Source of the DNA: Octopus vulgaris
Taxonomy: Eukaryota
Direction of reading: 5' to 3'
NCBI GenBank assembly: GCA_951406725.2
Contig: OX597839.1
Location: 28,272,001-28,336,000, forward strand
DNA: 64,000 nucleotides
Each line of letters starts with the position of its first letter. Positions within the stretch are counted from its first letter, which is position 1. Position numbers and translations under genes: made by a program. Below, piece by piece: positions 40,141 through 53,486 of the stretch. The notes under the pieces are model-generated. The model saw only the letters and a program-made list of their open reading frames with translations, made no database searches and was not told the origin of the DNA.

Positions 40141-40509
40141 TTTTTTGTGACCCCCTTCGGTCAGACACTGACCATGGGTTTGCACCTAGAGAGTTACCCT
40201 CTGAGGCACAAGTCTGGGCAAGGTTTTTTAAATTTTTTTTTTTATTTTATGGAATACCAGCAGTCGCCCATGCATACCGGCCTCCCCTCTCCACGTCACC
40301 GGTGTTATCCAAGGGAAAGGCAAAGAGGCCGATACAGCTTGGCACCTGTGACGTCGCAACTCATTTCTACAGCTGAGTGAACTGGAGCAACAGGAAATAA
40401 AGTGCCTTGCTCAAGAACACAACACGCAGCCCGGTCCAGGATTCGAGCTCACAACCTCACGATCGTAAGCTCGACGCTCTAACCACTGAGCCACGCGCTT
40501 TCACCTTTT
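40141..40509 (-). mobile_element. tRNA/CORE-like SINE, family D
   Basis: Minus-strand head TGGCTCAGTGGTTAGAGCG...CTCGAATCC. Direct repeat AGTTTAATACT at 40130-40140 and 40510-40520. A second copy is at 45503-45838. Confidence 0.9.
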
Positions 40510-41091
40510 AGTTTAATACTACTGCCTGGTCATTCATCCAGTTTGCTGTAGCCATCAAACGTCATTGCTGTTTTTTTTTTGTTTTTTTGTGTGGAGGTGG
40601 TCAGTAGTCGGCGAGGTGCCACTCCGCAGCAAAATCACCTCATCATACCCTCTTGGTCGCGCACTTTCACGCCAAACTACAGTGTTCTTTGTACTAAGAA
40701 TTCCGGCCAAACCTCTGATTTAATTAATGCGGCAGATTCGTATTCCCCGTGGCCGAAAGTGGGGGTTAAGGGTGGTTTTGGGGGAAGACGGGCGGAAGTC
40801 TTGGCTCTTTAGTAGAATCCACGGCAGTCTTTCGGTATTGGTAGACGACGTCATTCACCCACACGATGTCATTCACCCACCCAACGTTGGATAAAGAAGC
40901 TGGGCTGAAAAGGAAGGTACATTACGTCGTCGACTAATACCGAAAGATTTCCGAGTCCACACTATTACGAACAGTGGGAGGAGGGACCCTTGTCTCTGTC
41001 TCTAGTTTGAGGGCATCGTCCTCCTTCCGTACTTTTTCTCCCTCACACTAATCTCAGAGTCCCTGAAAAAAAAGGGGGGGAAAGCGGATCA

Positions 41092-41508
41092 GGCGTGGCT
41101 GTGTGGTAAGTAGCTTGTTTACCAACCACATGGTTCCGGGTTCAGTCCCACTGCGTGGCACCTTGGGCAAGTGTCTTCTACTATAGCCTCGGGCCGACCA
41201 AAGCCTTGTGAGTGGATTTGGTAGACGGAAACTGAAAGAAGCCCGTCGTATATATGTATATATATGTTTATATATGTTTATATGTATGTGTGTATGTGTT
41301 TGTGTGTCTGTGTTTGTCCCCCTAGCATTGCTTGACAACCGATGCTGGTGTGTTTATGTCCCCGTTACTTAGCGGTTCGGCAAAAGAGACCGATAGAATA
41401 AGTACTGGGCTTACAAAAGAATAAGTCCTGGGGTCGAGTTGCTCGACTAAAGGCGGTGCTCCAGCATGGCCGCAGTCAAATGACTGAAACAAGTAAAAGA
41501 GTAAAGAG
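41092..41508 (+). mobile_element. Family B SINE with a 9-bp TSD
   Basis: TSD AGCGGATCA at 41083-41091 and 41509-41517. Confidence 0.97.
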
Positions 41509-42132
41509 AGCGGATCATACCACTCGGCCTTTGTTTATCTGACCAAATTATTTCTATGTCCCCAGCAAGTTATTTCACTTCACATTGTCTCATATAAAAA
41601 CGCTCATCACGGTATGACCGCCATTAACAATAATGGATTCATCCCCCCCCCCCTTTCTCTCTCTAGTGTTCACTTATCCTCTCCAAGAGTGGATACCACT
41701 TCATTTATTACATAAGTGGCCGCCTCAATGAGTGTATTTAGCTTGACTCACTTAAAACTGTGTTGTTTTCTTTTTTATATATGTTAGGAGGCCTCTCTGC
41801 TCTGTTCTTGTTTCTGTTCTTTTTTCACTAAAGGTCTCATTGTTTGGTTGATTGTTGTACATGAATGACTGTGGAAACCGTGTCAGCCTCTGTCTATCTG
41901 CGTGTGTGTGTTTGTGTGTTTGTGTGAGATCATCAAAATAGGTCGACTGTTTTGTTTTTGTAATTTTTTTTAAGCGCTTACATTGTTACGTGGGTAAAAA
42001 AAACAATTTAGGCCTATACGAAATGCACTCACTCATACGAGAAATTATTATTATTATTATTATTAGTAAAGTTCCCCCAAACATTATCTCTTGTATCTCT
42101 AGAGAAGGTAGATAGATAGATAGACAGACAGG

Positions 42133-42264
<132 letters not shown>

Positions 42265-42464
42265 CAAACAGATAGGTTGACAGATATAGATAGGTAGATA
42301 GATAGATAGACAAACAGACAGACAGACAGACAGATAGATAGATAGATCTAGGTGATGGATGGATGGATCTATAGATGGATGGACGGACGGATGGATAGAT
42401 AGATATTGAGAGACAGGGAAATAAACTGAGACAGGCTGACAGACACAGAGACGGAAACATATCC

Positions 42465-42505
<41 letters not shown>

Positions 42506-43023
42506 GGAGACACGCATACATACGCTCATCCACACACGCATATAGGCTTAATACAAATATACGTGTTGAATGTCGGTGTCTGTTTGTATGCCTATGCAAT
42601 ATCTGCATGTGTATATATATATGTCTACACTTGCTTTTCTTTACACAAACACAGCTATACAATCACCATCTCACCACCCACACGCTTTCTCTTTCTCCAT
42701 GTTCTTCATACACACAATCACACAAACAATTTCACGCCTTCTTTCCTCTGTATACACACACACACACAATGTCACATACCCACCGTTTAAACACAAACGC
42801 TCTATTTAGTTCTTTTATCTTCTTAAATATCAGCAAATATTCTCTAGTTAACATCGATAAGGGTAATGGATACCTCGACCCATCGCGCCATCCAGTTTTA
42901 GTTCCGCTTCTACGTCTAATCAATCAATCTCCGTCTCCCTATCTATACATCTAAAGTTTTCTTGGCAATTGAGCGATTTTGTGAGAGATTTGGCAGGCGG
43001 AAACAGTACGAAGATCATCCGTG

Positions 43024-43088
<65 letters not shown>

Positions 43089-43091
<3 letters not shown>

Positions 43092-43391
43092 TGGCGCACT
43101 GGGTCTAAAAATATTGGTTGCCAGGAGACTAAGGGGGCCCACCCGCAACTACAATGCTATCATTTGATTTCTGTTTTTTTTTTTTTGTTTTTTTGTTAAA
43201 GGGATTCTTTAACTGTCTATAAACAGCCAGGCTGAATTTATTAATGCATTCTTTCAGAAGTGAATAAAAAATTCTCAAACTTAAAAGGCTAGGCCCCTTA
43301 GATACTAACATAGGGCCCCATATATGGATTTTAATGGCGCAGGGGCCTACTTGCCATCGGGCAAGCTGGCAACCTGGCCAGTCCGCCACTA
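43089..43391. mobile_element. MITE with 14-bp terminal inverted repeats
   Basis: CAGTGGCGCACTGG...CCAGTCCGCCACTA (12/14 match), inserted in (TA)n. Confidence 0.75.
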
Positions 43392-43534
43392 TATATATAT
43401 ATAACGGCCTCGAACACACAAGTGCAAACAAGGGAGACAGAGAAAGGCAGAATGCCACTTATATTTGAACACTATACAAATATTCCTTTAAAAAAACTTT
43501 TCTTTTAATTTTTCTAAATTTAATTATTTAATCG

Positions 43535-43578
43535 TTACAGTTGAAAAGGTCTCAAAATGACCGAAACCGGTACTGAAA
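43535..43578 (+). ncRNA. Type I hammerhead ribozyme motif, U3-A8 variant
   Basis: UUACAG-UUGAAAA-GGUC/ucaaaau/GACC-GAAAC-CG-GUA-CUGAAA, with a palindromic stem III ACCGGU. Confidence 0.75.
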
Positions 43579-43624
43579 TGTTTTTTTATAAAATTATTTT
43601 AGCATTTTCTATTTTGACTTGTTT

Positions 43625-43681
<57 letters not shown>

Positions 43682-43963
43682 CACGCCACAAAACACAACG
43701 CCCATATATCTCAGTATCATAGGTTTAACGTCCATTTTTCTATGCCGACATGGGCCAGACGGAAATCGGTTGGTTGGTGCAGGTTTTCTACGGCCTGGTA
43801 CCCATTCTGTCACCAACCCTCACCTCGCTTCCAAACAATGTTTAAATTTTCCCCGTGACCACGGAAGTTGGAGACGAACGACACCGCTTGTAGGACGGCG
43901 ATGCTCGTTAACATCTATCTCGCGCTGCCGAGACAAACACACACAGCTATACGTTATACGTGT

Positions 43964-44009
<46 letters not shown>

Positions 44010-44542
44010 AATTTATTACTCATACGTAATAAATCTGACTGTGTCCAATAAAATGTACTAATATTTAGCAGTCATATATATATATATGTATGTATGTATG
44101 TTATCTCCATAATTCCCACAGTTAAAATACAACACAGCCTACAGTTCGTACAAAGGGTCCTTATGGGAGTTTTATGAGCAACCGACTGGCGCCAATTCCG
44201 GAGATTGGGAATCGACTTCATGCTACATTGGCTGCTGAGTTTCTGCCTGTGTGGTGATGAGGGGAGGGTCTATGGAGATACCTGCATCGGCATCACCATC
44301 ACCATCTGTTATGTAATTCTGTGTGTGTGACAGAGAGAGAGAGCTGACTCCTTTTCCAGTTAATATTCAGTATTACTGCTTATAAAAACATCAATTGTGT
44401 GTTGGTGGAGGTGCATTTGTAATAATGTGTGTTGAAACAGATTTTGCTGTGTCTTGGGAGGGTCATTACGCCAAGTAAAACACACGCACTGATTGTATGT
44501 CACTTCTTTTACTATTATTATTATTATTATTATTATTATTAT

Positions 44543-45374
44543 GGCGGCGAGCTGGCAGAATTGTTAGCACACCGGACAAAATGCTAAGCAGCATTTCGTC
44601 CGCTTTTACGTTCTGAGCTCAAATTCCGCCGAGCTTGACATTGTCTTTCATCGTTTCGGGGTCGGTAAAATAAGTACCAGTTGAACACTGGATGTAATCA
44701 ACTCCCTCCCTCCACCGAAATTGCTGGCTTTGTGTCAAAATCAGAAATCAAATATAAAGCAAGAGATAACCAGCTGCCTCATTCACTAAACCCCAGGCAC
44801 GAGAGTAACATTTATGGCGGTGCTCCAGCGTCGCCATCGCCTACAGCAGCGTTTCTCAACTGGGGCTCCGCAAAAGGTTCCTAGGGGTTCTGTATCGTAA
44901 TATTACGATACATGCACAACATATTGGTTATTGTAATATACTTTTCTACTCTAGGCACAAGGCCCGAAATTTGGGGGGAGGTGGGCGCCAGTCGATTAGA
45001 TCGACCCCAGAACCCAACTGGTACTTAATTTATCAATCCCGAAAGGATGAATGGCAAAGTCGACCTCGGCGAAATTTGAACTCGGAACGTAAAGACAGAC
45101 GAAATACTGCTAAGCATTTCGCCCGGCATGCTAACGTTTCTTATTTCTTTATTGCCCACAAGGGGCTAAACATAGAGGGGACAAACAAGGACCGTCAAAC
45201 AGATTAAGTCGATTACATCGATCCCAGTGCGTAACTGGTACTTCATTTATCGACCCCGAAAGGATGAAAGGCAAAGTCGACCTCGGCGGAATTTGAACTC
45301 AGAACGTAAAGACAAACAAAATACTGCTAAGCATTTAGCCCGGCGTGCTAACGTTTCTGCCAGCTCGCTGCCTT
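44543..45374. mobile_element. Family C SINEs: 44543-44745 (+) and a tandem dimer at 44943-45374 (-)
   Basis: Match the family C consensus. Confidence 0.9.
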
Positions 45375-45502
45375 AAATTTGTTTTGTGCAGGGGTTCCTT
45401 GAGACATGTAACATTGTAATATAGACACCAACCTATCTAACCTATTATGTTAAGAATATAACAACCATATATATACAGCACAAAATTTTGTCAGTGTAAA
45501 AG

Positions 45503-45838
45503 GGTAAAGACCCCCCTTCAACCATGAAGGACCGTGGGACAGCACCGAGAAAGTTCTCCTCCGAGGCACAAGTCCAGGCAAAGTTGTTTATAAGAACGTC
45601 GCCCATTCATACCAGCCCCCACTCTCGACAACACTGATGTTATCCAAGGGAAAGGCAAAGGGGCCGAGACAGCTTGGTACGAGTGATGTCGCAACTTATT
45701 TCTACAGCTGAGTGAACTGGAGTAACGTGAAAGAAAGTGTCTTGCTCAAGAACACAACACACAGCCCGGTCCGAGAATCGAACTCACGGCGTTACGATCG
45801 CGCGCCAAATACCCTTACCACTAAGCCACGCATCTACA
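45503..45838 (-). mobile_element. Family D SINE
   Basis: Homologous to 40141-40509. Confidence 0.85.
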
Positions 45839-46452
45839 CGTGCTACGTATGTACACACGCACACAATACAGACACAAATTAACATAATTACACACGTTAG
45901 GGGCCACTTTGCGATCGCTTGACGCATTGGAAATAACAGCTAAATAAACCTCAATTTAAGGATCATCGCTTCCTTTATTTATCTTCCCCTAACCCCTTAT
46001 CTGTTCGTCTATTCATTAAAGCAGTGACTGGCAGTGTGGGGTTATTACAGAGACCCTAAATGAGAAGAGGTGGAGGAGGAGTTTGGAAGGGTTACGTAGA
46101 TAACACCTTTTTTTGATCACCGAGTAGATAAGGGCCTGCTGAGTAGAGTGCTAACCTGGAAACTGGGTGGATATTATTTTTACGCAAAGCTGTTTAGCCC
46201 TAACCATACATATACACCCTATTAAATATACACACCTCATAGATACGTACACAACCATAATGACATGCTTTCTCACGTGCGCAGACAGTATGCTATATAT
46301 ATACACTTTCCGTTTCCACGGTGTGTTTACCATCAAAGATTACATAAACAAGATGGTGACAGACTCCTGCGTCTTATTTATATTTCAACGTGATTTATAT
46401 TTAGGGAAATTATGTGACCACCTGGAGCACTCTTACACTTTATATATATGTT

Positions 46453-46490
<38 letters not shown>

Positions 46491-46609
46491 CGCGTACTAA
46501 TAGCCATTTATTTTCCGTCGAGGGCTTATATGTCCCAAAACTAGACTATTGTCTGTGCCCAATAATCGGTGAAGGCTTACAAGGTTATTATTTACAGTAC
46601 ACACACACA

Positions 46610-46990
46610 CGTGGCTGTGTTGTAAGACGCTTGCTTTCCAACCACATGGTTCCGGGTTCAGTCCCACTGCGTGGCACCTTGGCCAAGTGTCTTCTACTAT
46701 AGCGCTGGGCCGACCAAAGCCTTGTGAGTGGATCTGGTAGACGGAAAATGAAAGAAGCCCGCCGTGTGTATATATGTGTGTGTGTGTGTATTTATGTATC
46801 TGTGTTTGTCCCCCCACCCACCATTGCTTGACTACTGATGTTGGTGTGTTTACGTCCCCGTAACTTAGCTGTTCGGCAAAATATACCGATGGAATAAGTA
46901 CTAGGCTTTCAAAGAATAGGTCCTGGGGTTGATTTGTTCCACTAAAGGCGGTGCTCCAGCATTGGCGCTGTCAAATGACTGAAACCAAGA
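46610..46990 (+). mobile_element. Family B SINE
   Basis: Matches the family B consensus. Confidence 0.95.
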
Positions 46991-46994
46991 GTGT

Positions 46995-47045
<51 letters not shown>

Positions 47046-47309
47046 CGTGCGTGCGTGTTTGTGTGTGTGTGCGTAACACTACCGCTTGACAACAAGTGTT
47101 GGTGTGTTTACGTCTCGGTAACTTGGCGGTTCGGCAAAAGATTTCAACAGAACAAGCACCAGGTTTTAAAAAAGAAAATAAGTTCTGGGGGTTGATTCGT
47201 TCCAGTAAAAATTCTTTGAGGCGGTACCCCGGCAAAGCCAGTCTAACGACTAACAAATTTATCAGTATATATATATGCACATGTGTATACATATGGATGT
47301 ATATATGTG

Positions 47310-47359
<50 letters not shown>

Positions 47360-47662
47360 TAGGTGTGTGTCTGAGTACGATACACAAACTAATCCGTCAG
47401 AATTATGGTATATTCATTCTGTCTGAATTCAGAGATTCCCTCCTAAACTCACTACAAACACCCCCCTCTCTAAACCCCAGGCCATTCCTCTTGTATTTGG
47501 TAACCATTACAGCCTCATGATTCTACCCACAGGAATTGTCACCGCTTTTCTTCATCTTCTGGAAGTCGTCATGTTGCAAAGATGACGTTCACAGATTCTA
47601 CATGGATACACGTGCGGGAGTGGTGTGTGTATATATACACGTGCACACTACGCAGAAATGCA

Positions 47663-47742
<80 letters not shown>

Positions 47743-48143
47743 TTCATCACGTTTGCACATATATATATATATATATATAAATCACATAATCGTACATATA
47801 TTTATATCTAAGCGTTTGTGTGTGGGATGAGGAAGAATAGACGGGCACGGATGGAGCGGTGAGTGGCGTCATTGATGGCTTATTTGTACAAAAACCGATA
47901 GGAATTATGACAACTGTCTAAATATTAAGGCCTTTAATGTTGTTGTTTGTGAAAGTCCCGCCAGCTCCGTAAATAATCCCGGTTGAAGGTTTTCACTGAG
48001 GCAGCCGACAACCGTCTGTTGAACAGAACGACATTCGAAATAGCTGACACCGAGACCAGGCTTGTTGGCAGACATACAGACAGATTGATGAACAGAGAGA
48101 CAGACAGACAATCAGATGGACAGGCAGACAAATAGACAGGCAA

Positions 48144-48184
<41 letters not shown>

Positions 48185-48366
48185 TAAACAGAAACAAAGA
48201 GAGGTAGGCAGGCAGTTACTTGGACAAAATCCCTCACCCACGGACAAATCCCCCGCCCCCGGACAAAATCCCCTGGCAGTTAATATCCCTCGGGATATTT
48301 GTTCTTTTACAATAAAAATATTTTAGGAAAGGGAAATTGTATTTTAAAAAACTTTTTAATATTCAT

Positions 48367-48570
48367 TACTCTTTTACTTGTTTCAGTCATTTGACTGCGG
48401 CCATGCTGGAGCACCGCCTTTAGTCGAACAAATCGACCCCCAGGACTTATTCTTTGTAAGCCCAGTACTTATTCTATCGGTCTCTTTTGCCGAACCGCTA
48501 AGTGACGGGGACGTAAACACACCAGCATCGGTTGTCAAGCAATGCTAGGGTGACCGACACAGACACACAA

Positions 48571-48611
<41 letters not shown>

Positions 48612-49485
48612 TACGACGGGCTTCTTTCAGTTTCCGTCTACCAAATCCACTCACAAGGCATTGGTCGGCCCAGGGCTATAGTAGACGACACTTGCCCAAG
48701 ATGCCACGCAGTGGGACTGAACCCGGAACCATGTGGTTGGTTAGCAAGCTACTTACCACACAGCCACTCCTGCGCCTTAGTTGGTATTTTTGTATAAAAT
48801 TTGTCCGGAAAGCTTTTATCCTGGGGCGGATTTTGCCCTGATACCAGGCAGGCAGAGACAAATAGACGGGCAGGCAAAGAGGTAGACGCACAGACAGACA
48901 GATAGGCAGACAGTGGCGGACAAACGGCGACCGACAGAGAGGCAGAGTCTCACGGATTGACATACAAGAATGCGGGCAATAGCTATGGGGAAAATACTTA
49001 GCGATACCGACATAAAGTATCATTACTTGTATCAGGATGGATTGAGAAGAGTGGTGTGAAGATCTGAGATGTCTTTTGTTTTAATTGGATTTAGTTAAGG
49101 AGACAAAGCAAGAGATTATAGGTGCATAGAAAATAATAAAACCATGAGTGCTGGTTATCCACAAACACACACTTATATTTCAACTGGTTCACAGATCCTC
49201 AAAAGCCTTAAGAGCAGTTTTGGTTTAAACAAAAGAAATTTTTGTCCCTTTGTGAGTGATCGACTTGAGTTCTGCGAAGAGGAAAGGTTTTTAAATTCCA
49301 AATAAATAATAGGCGCAGGAGTTGCTGTGTGGTAAGTAGCTTGCTTACCAACCACATGGTTCCGGGTTCAGTCTCACTGCATGGCACTTTGGGCAAGTGT
49401 CTTCTGCTATAGCCTAGGGCCGACCAAAGCCTGATGAGTTGATTCGATAGACGGAAACTGAAAGAAGCTCGTCATATATATATGC

Positions 49486-49516
<31 letters not shown>

Positions 49517-50259
49517 TATGTATATATATATATATAATGTGTTCCCCCCATACCCCCGCTTGACAACCGATGTTGGTTTGTTTACATCCGCGTAGTTCGA
49601 CAAAAGAACCCGATATAAAATGTACCAAGCTTTAAAACTAATAATAATAATAATAATAATAATAACAGTCATAATAAGCACTGGGGTTGATTCATTCAAC
49701 TAAAAATTCTTCAAGACGGTGCCCCAGCATGGCCGCAGTCTAATGATTGGAACAACTAAAAGAAAGTAAAAAGAATAGTATAAAAAAGAAAAAGAAAGAT
49801 ATCGCTCGTAAAAGTCGACCCTAATTCTTCCCAGATAACCCCGACCATCTGTTGAATGAAATGCTGTGCAAATAAAGAAGGTCTGCAGTAAATATTTATG
49901 TTTGTTGTTACGTGGCCTTATTATGGGCGTCGTCGTTATTTAGGAGAACGTGAGGGTGGCGAGCTGGAAGAATCGTTAGCGCACGGGGCGAAATGCTGAG
50001 CAGGATTTTTTTGCCGGGGACGTAAACACACCAACATCAGTTAAGCGATGGTTGGGGGGAAGGGACAAACACAGACACACAAATACATATACATGTACAT
50101 ATTCGACGAGCTTCTTTCAGTTTCCGTCTACCAAATCCACTCACAAGGATTTGGTTGGCTTCAAGCTACAGTAGAAGACACTTGCCCAAGGTGCCACCCA
50201 GTGGGACTGAACCTCGAACCATGCTGTTAGGAAGCAAGCTTCTTACCACACAACCACGC
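48367..50259. mobile_element. Three family B SINEs in alternating orientation: 48367-48777 (-), 49311-49776 (+), 50010-50259 (-)
   Basis: Each matches the family B consensus. Confidence 0.93.
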
Positions 50260-50839
50260 TATTATTATTATTTTTGATCGGCAGATTAACTTGGAACAAT
50301 TTTTTTCTTTACAGTTTGGTCCCTTTTTTAATATTCCCTAAATGAATATCTCTACCCTATTGTCTTTCTTTTTCTCTTTCACACGCATACATGTCTCTTT
50401 CTTCCCACCCACCCACCCTCTCTCTCTCTTGTCTCTTACCCTCTCATCTCTCTTTCCATTCTTCCTAATTCAATATTGTTCCGTTAAACCCTTTTCACAA
50501 CTACCCCTTACACACCCAAACTATTCTACACATCAACCATAAAACGTCCCTAATTAAGGAACTACAATCATTAATCGATCCTCCCAGACAATATATCTTC
50601 ATGAAAACTGACTTTAAAGAGGAAATAACAACAACAACAACAACAAAATCATAACACTAAAAAGAACGACAAATTCACATTTACAAAACATAAAACCAAA
50701 GACGGTGGATTGTGTGATTGTGTGGGGGGAATTTTTTCTATCAATATCGATCCGCAAACTTTGTGTGTTTCTGAGTGATGTTTCCATATCTTACACTCAC
50801 CCCGTCACCATTTTCTGTGCCATTTTCGAACGGAAGTCT

Positions 50840-51192
50840 TTCTTAATACAGTTCTGTATTTAAGAGATGAGGAATTAAGTACATTGTTTACATTTGACGG
50901 ATATTTCTCCTCATCTTGTTTGTAGTTAACACAACGTTTCGGCTGATATACCCACCACGGGCATATGGCGTGGTGGTTAAGAGCGCGGGCTACTAACCCC
51001 AAGATTCCGAGTTCGATTCCAAGCAGTGACATGAATAATAACAACATCGAAAAATACCTTAGGGATAAGAACCCAGATTCGAAATTTCCCCCAAGACACC
51101 TGATAAAGGCTGGAGGGTATATCAGCTGAAACGTTGTGTTAACAACAAACAAGATGAGGACCAATATCCATCAAATGTAAATAATGTACATA
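50840..51192 (+). mobile_element. tRNA-headed, hammerhead-containing element with a 5' inverted duplication (Penelope-type structure)
   Basis: Inverted arms at 50879-50953 and 51115-51189. A box TGGCGTGGTGG at 50966-50976, B box GAGTTCGATTCC at 51009-51020, HHR at 51095-51140. Confidence 0.8.
51095..51140 (+). ncRNA. Type I hammerhead motif (G8 mutated in this copy)
   Basis: GACAC-CUGAUAA-A-GGCUG/gaggguauau/CAGCU-GAAAC-GUU-GUGUU. The inverted copy retains CAGCC-GAAAC. Confidence 0.7.
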
Positions 51193-51463
51193 AAGTAGTC
51201 TTTTTTGTTTAACGTGCATTTCTTATGTCGGCACCAAGTCAGCCCGTTTTACAGACGGTTCCAGAGACTTCTAAATTATGTTCAGACAAGAGAAGGGATC
51301 GATATCACGACATTCCCGCCCCCAGGCCCTGGACGGAACGCCAGTTCGTCGCAAAGCTGTTCACTTAATGGCTGAATGGATTGCAGTAGCGTGAAGTGAA
51401 GTGGGTGTTGCTTAAAAACACAATACACTGCCTGGACTGGGAATCGAAACCCGATCTTGCGAT

Positions 51464-51576
51464 AGGCGTGGGGTAAGACGCTTGCTTCCAAACCACATGG
51501 CTCCGAGTTCAGTCTCTCTGCATGACACCTTGAGCAAGTGTCTCCTTCTATAGACTCGAGCCAACCAAACAAAACC

Positions 51577-51622
<46 letters not shown>

Positions 51623-51802
51623 AGTGTATTACTCTTTTACACATTTCAATCATTTGACTGCGGCCATGCTGGAGTACTGCATTTAGTCTAGCAAATCGAC
51701 CCCAGGACTTATTCTATCGGTCTCTTTCGCCGAACTGCTAAGTTTCGGGGACATAAACACACCAACATCGGTTGTCAAGCGATGGTAGGGAGACAAACAC
51801 AA

Positions 51803-51854
<52 letters not shown>

Positions 51855-52385
51855 CATACGACAGGCTTCTTTCAGTTTCCGTTTACCAAATCCAATCACA
51901 AGGCTTTGGTCAGCCTGAGGCTATAGAAGACACTTGCCCAAGGTGCCATGCAGTGAGACTGAACCTGGAACCATGTGGTTGAAAGCAAGCTTCTTGTGTG
52001 TATGTTCCCCACCACCGCTTGACAACCGGTGTTGGTGTGTTCATGTCCCCGTAACTTAGCAGTTCGGAAACAGAAATGTCTTCTGCTATAGCCTCGGGCC
52101 CCACAAAGCTTTATTTATGGATTTGGTTGAAACGAACCCGTCGTGTACACGAGTGTGTGTGTGTGTGTGTCTGTCTGTCTGTCTGTCTGTCCCACACACC
52201 GCTTGACAACCGGTATAGGTTTGTTTACGTCACCGTAAACTAGCAGTTCGTCAAAAGACACCGGTAGAATAAGTACCAGATTTTTAAAAATAAAATACTG
52301 GGTTTGAATCATTCGATTGAAAATTGTTCGAAGCGGTGCTCCAGCAAGGCCGCAGTCCAATGATTGAAACAAGTAAAAGACAAAA
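51464..52385. mobile_element. Cluster of family B SINE copies and fragments (including 51630-51995, -)
   Basis: Match the consensus in both orientations. Confidence 0.85.
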
Positions 52386-53449
52386 GATACAAGCGAGTGC
52401 AACACCCGAACCACGAGGCCACGCGCCTTCACACAAACTTCAAATGAAGACCGACATTTTCTTTTCCTCTAATGAAACTAATTATTACCAATATAATTAA
52501 TCCTCGATCCCCCCCACCCTTAATAAAATAGAAAATGAGACAGAAGGAAAAAAAAAAAACAATAATTCTTGAGAAAATTAATTGGCAAGCGGCATTAAAC
52601 TCGCAGGTTTTCAGACAAGAGAACTGAAGATTGGGTTTCGTTCTTTTGTGTGGCGAGCTGAAAATAAATGTGGAAGATACCCAAGTCAATCAAGTCTGTG
52701 AAATTAATTAAAGTCGGTCGGAGAGAGTGGATTGAGTTTCTGACAATATCCTTTCCGGAATCATTCAATAAAAGGTGGACGCTGAGCTACATTACATCAA
52801 AATCGATAAAAAACTATTTGGCGAAAGAAATATCTCGCCATTTCTCGGTGATGGAGCGACGTCATTTTTTAATTATTACCAAAAACATCTAAAATGTAAC
52901 AGTGGTGGGAGAATAGTGATATTGGTGTGTGTATGGGGTGTGAGAGTCTCAGTGGGACACTGTCACCGCCTAAAATATATCCTTTCTACTATAGGTGCAA
53001 GGCCTGAAATTTTGGTGGGAGAGGACTAGTCGATTTCATCGACCCCAGTACTCAACTACTACTTATTTTATTGACCCCAGAAAGGGTAAACTGGTTGAGT
53101 AGCCCATCCTGCTCAAATGGTTCTTGAATAAGGTTTGTTTAAAGATGTTGAACGAAACACCCATGTTTGCAAAGGTGAATTATCTAAACCCCAAAGAATC
53201 CCTCTCAACACATGGCTATGATGCTCCCCCACTACTTCTGCTCGTGATCAGAGATGCACATATCGTCAGCCACTAAGGGACATGCTCAACTGGTTAAGGT
53301 CAAACGACTGACAAGCAAATCTATGGTATTGAGCAGAATATTTACTGTAGCCCATCTTTTATACCAAGACAAAACAATGTACATGATAACACTTCCAATC
53401 AGTTAAGATCAGAAGCCACGAGAGCCACTGCCTCGAACTGCATCAGGGC

Positions 53450-53486
<37 letters not shown>

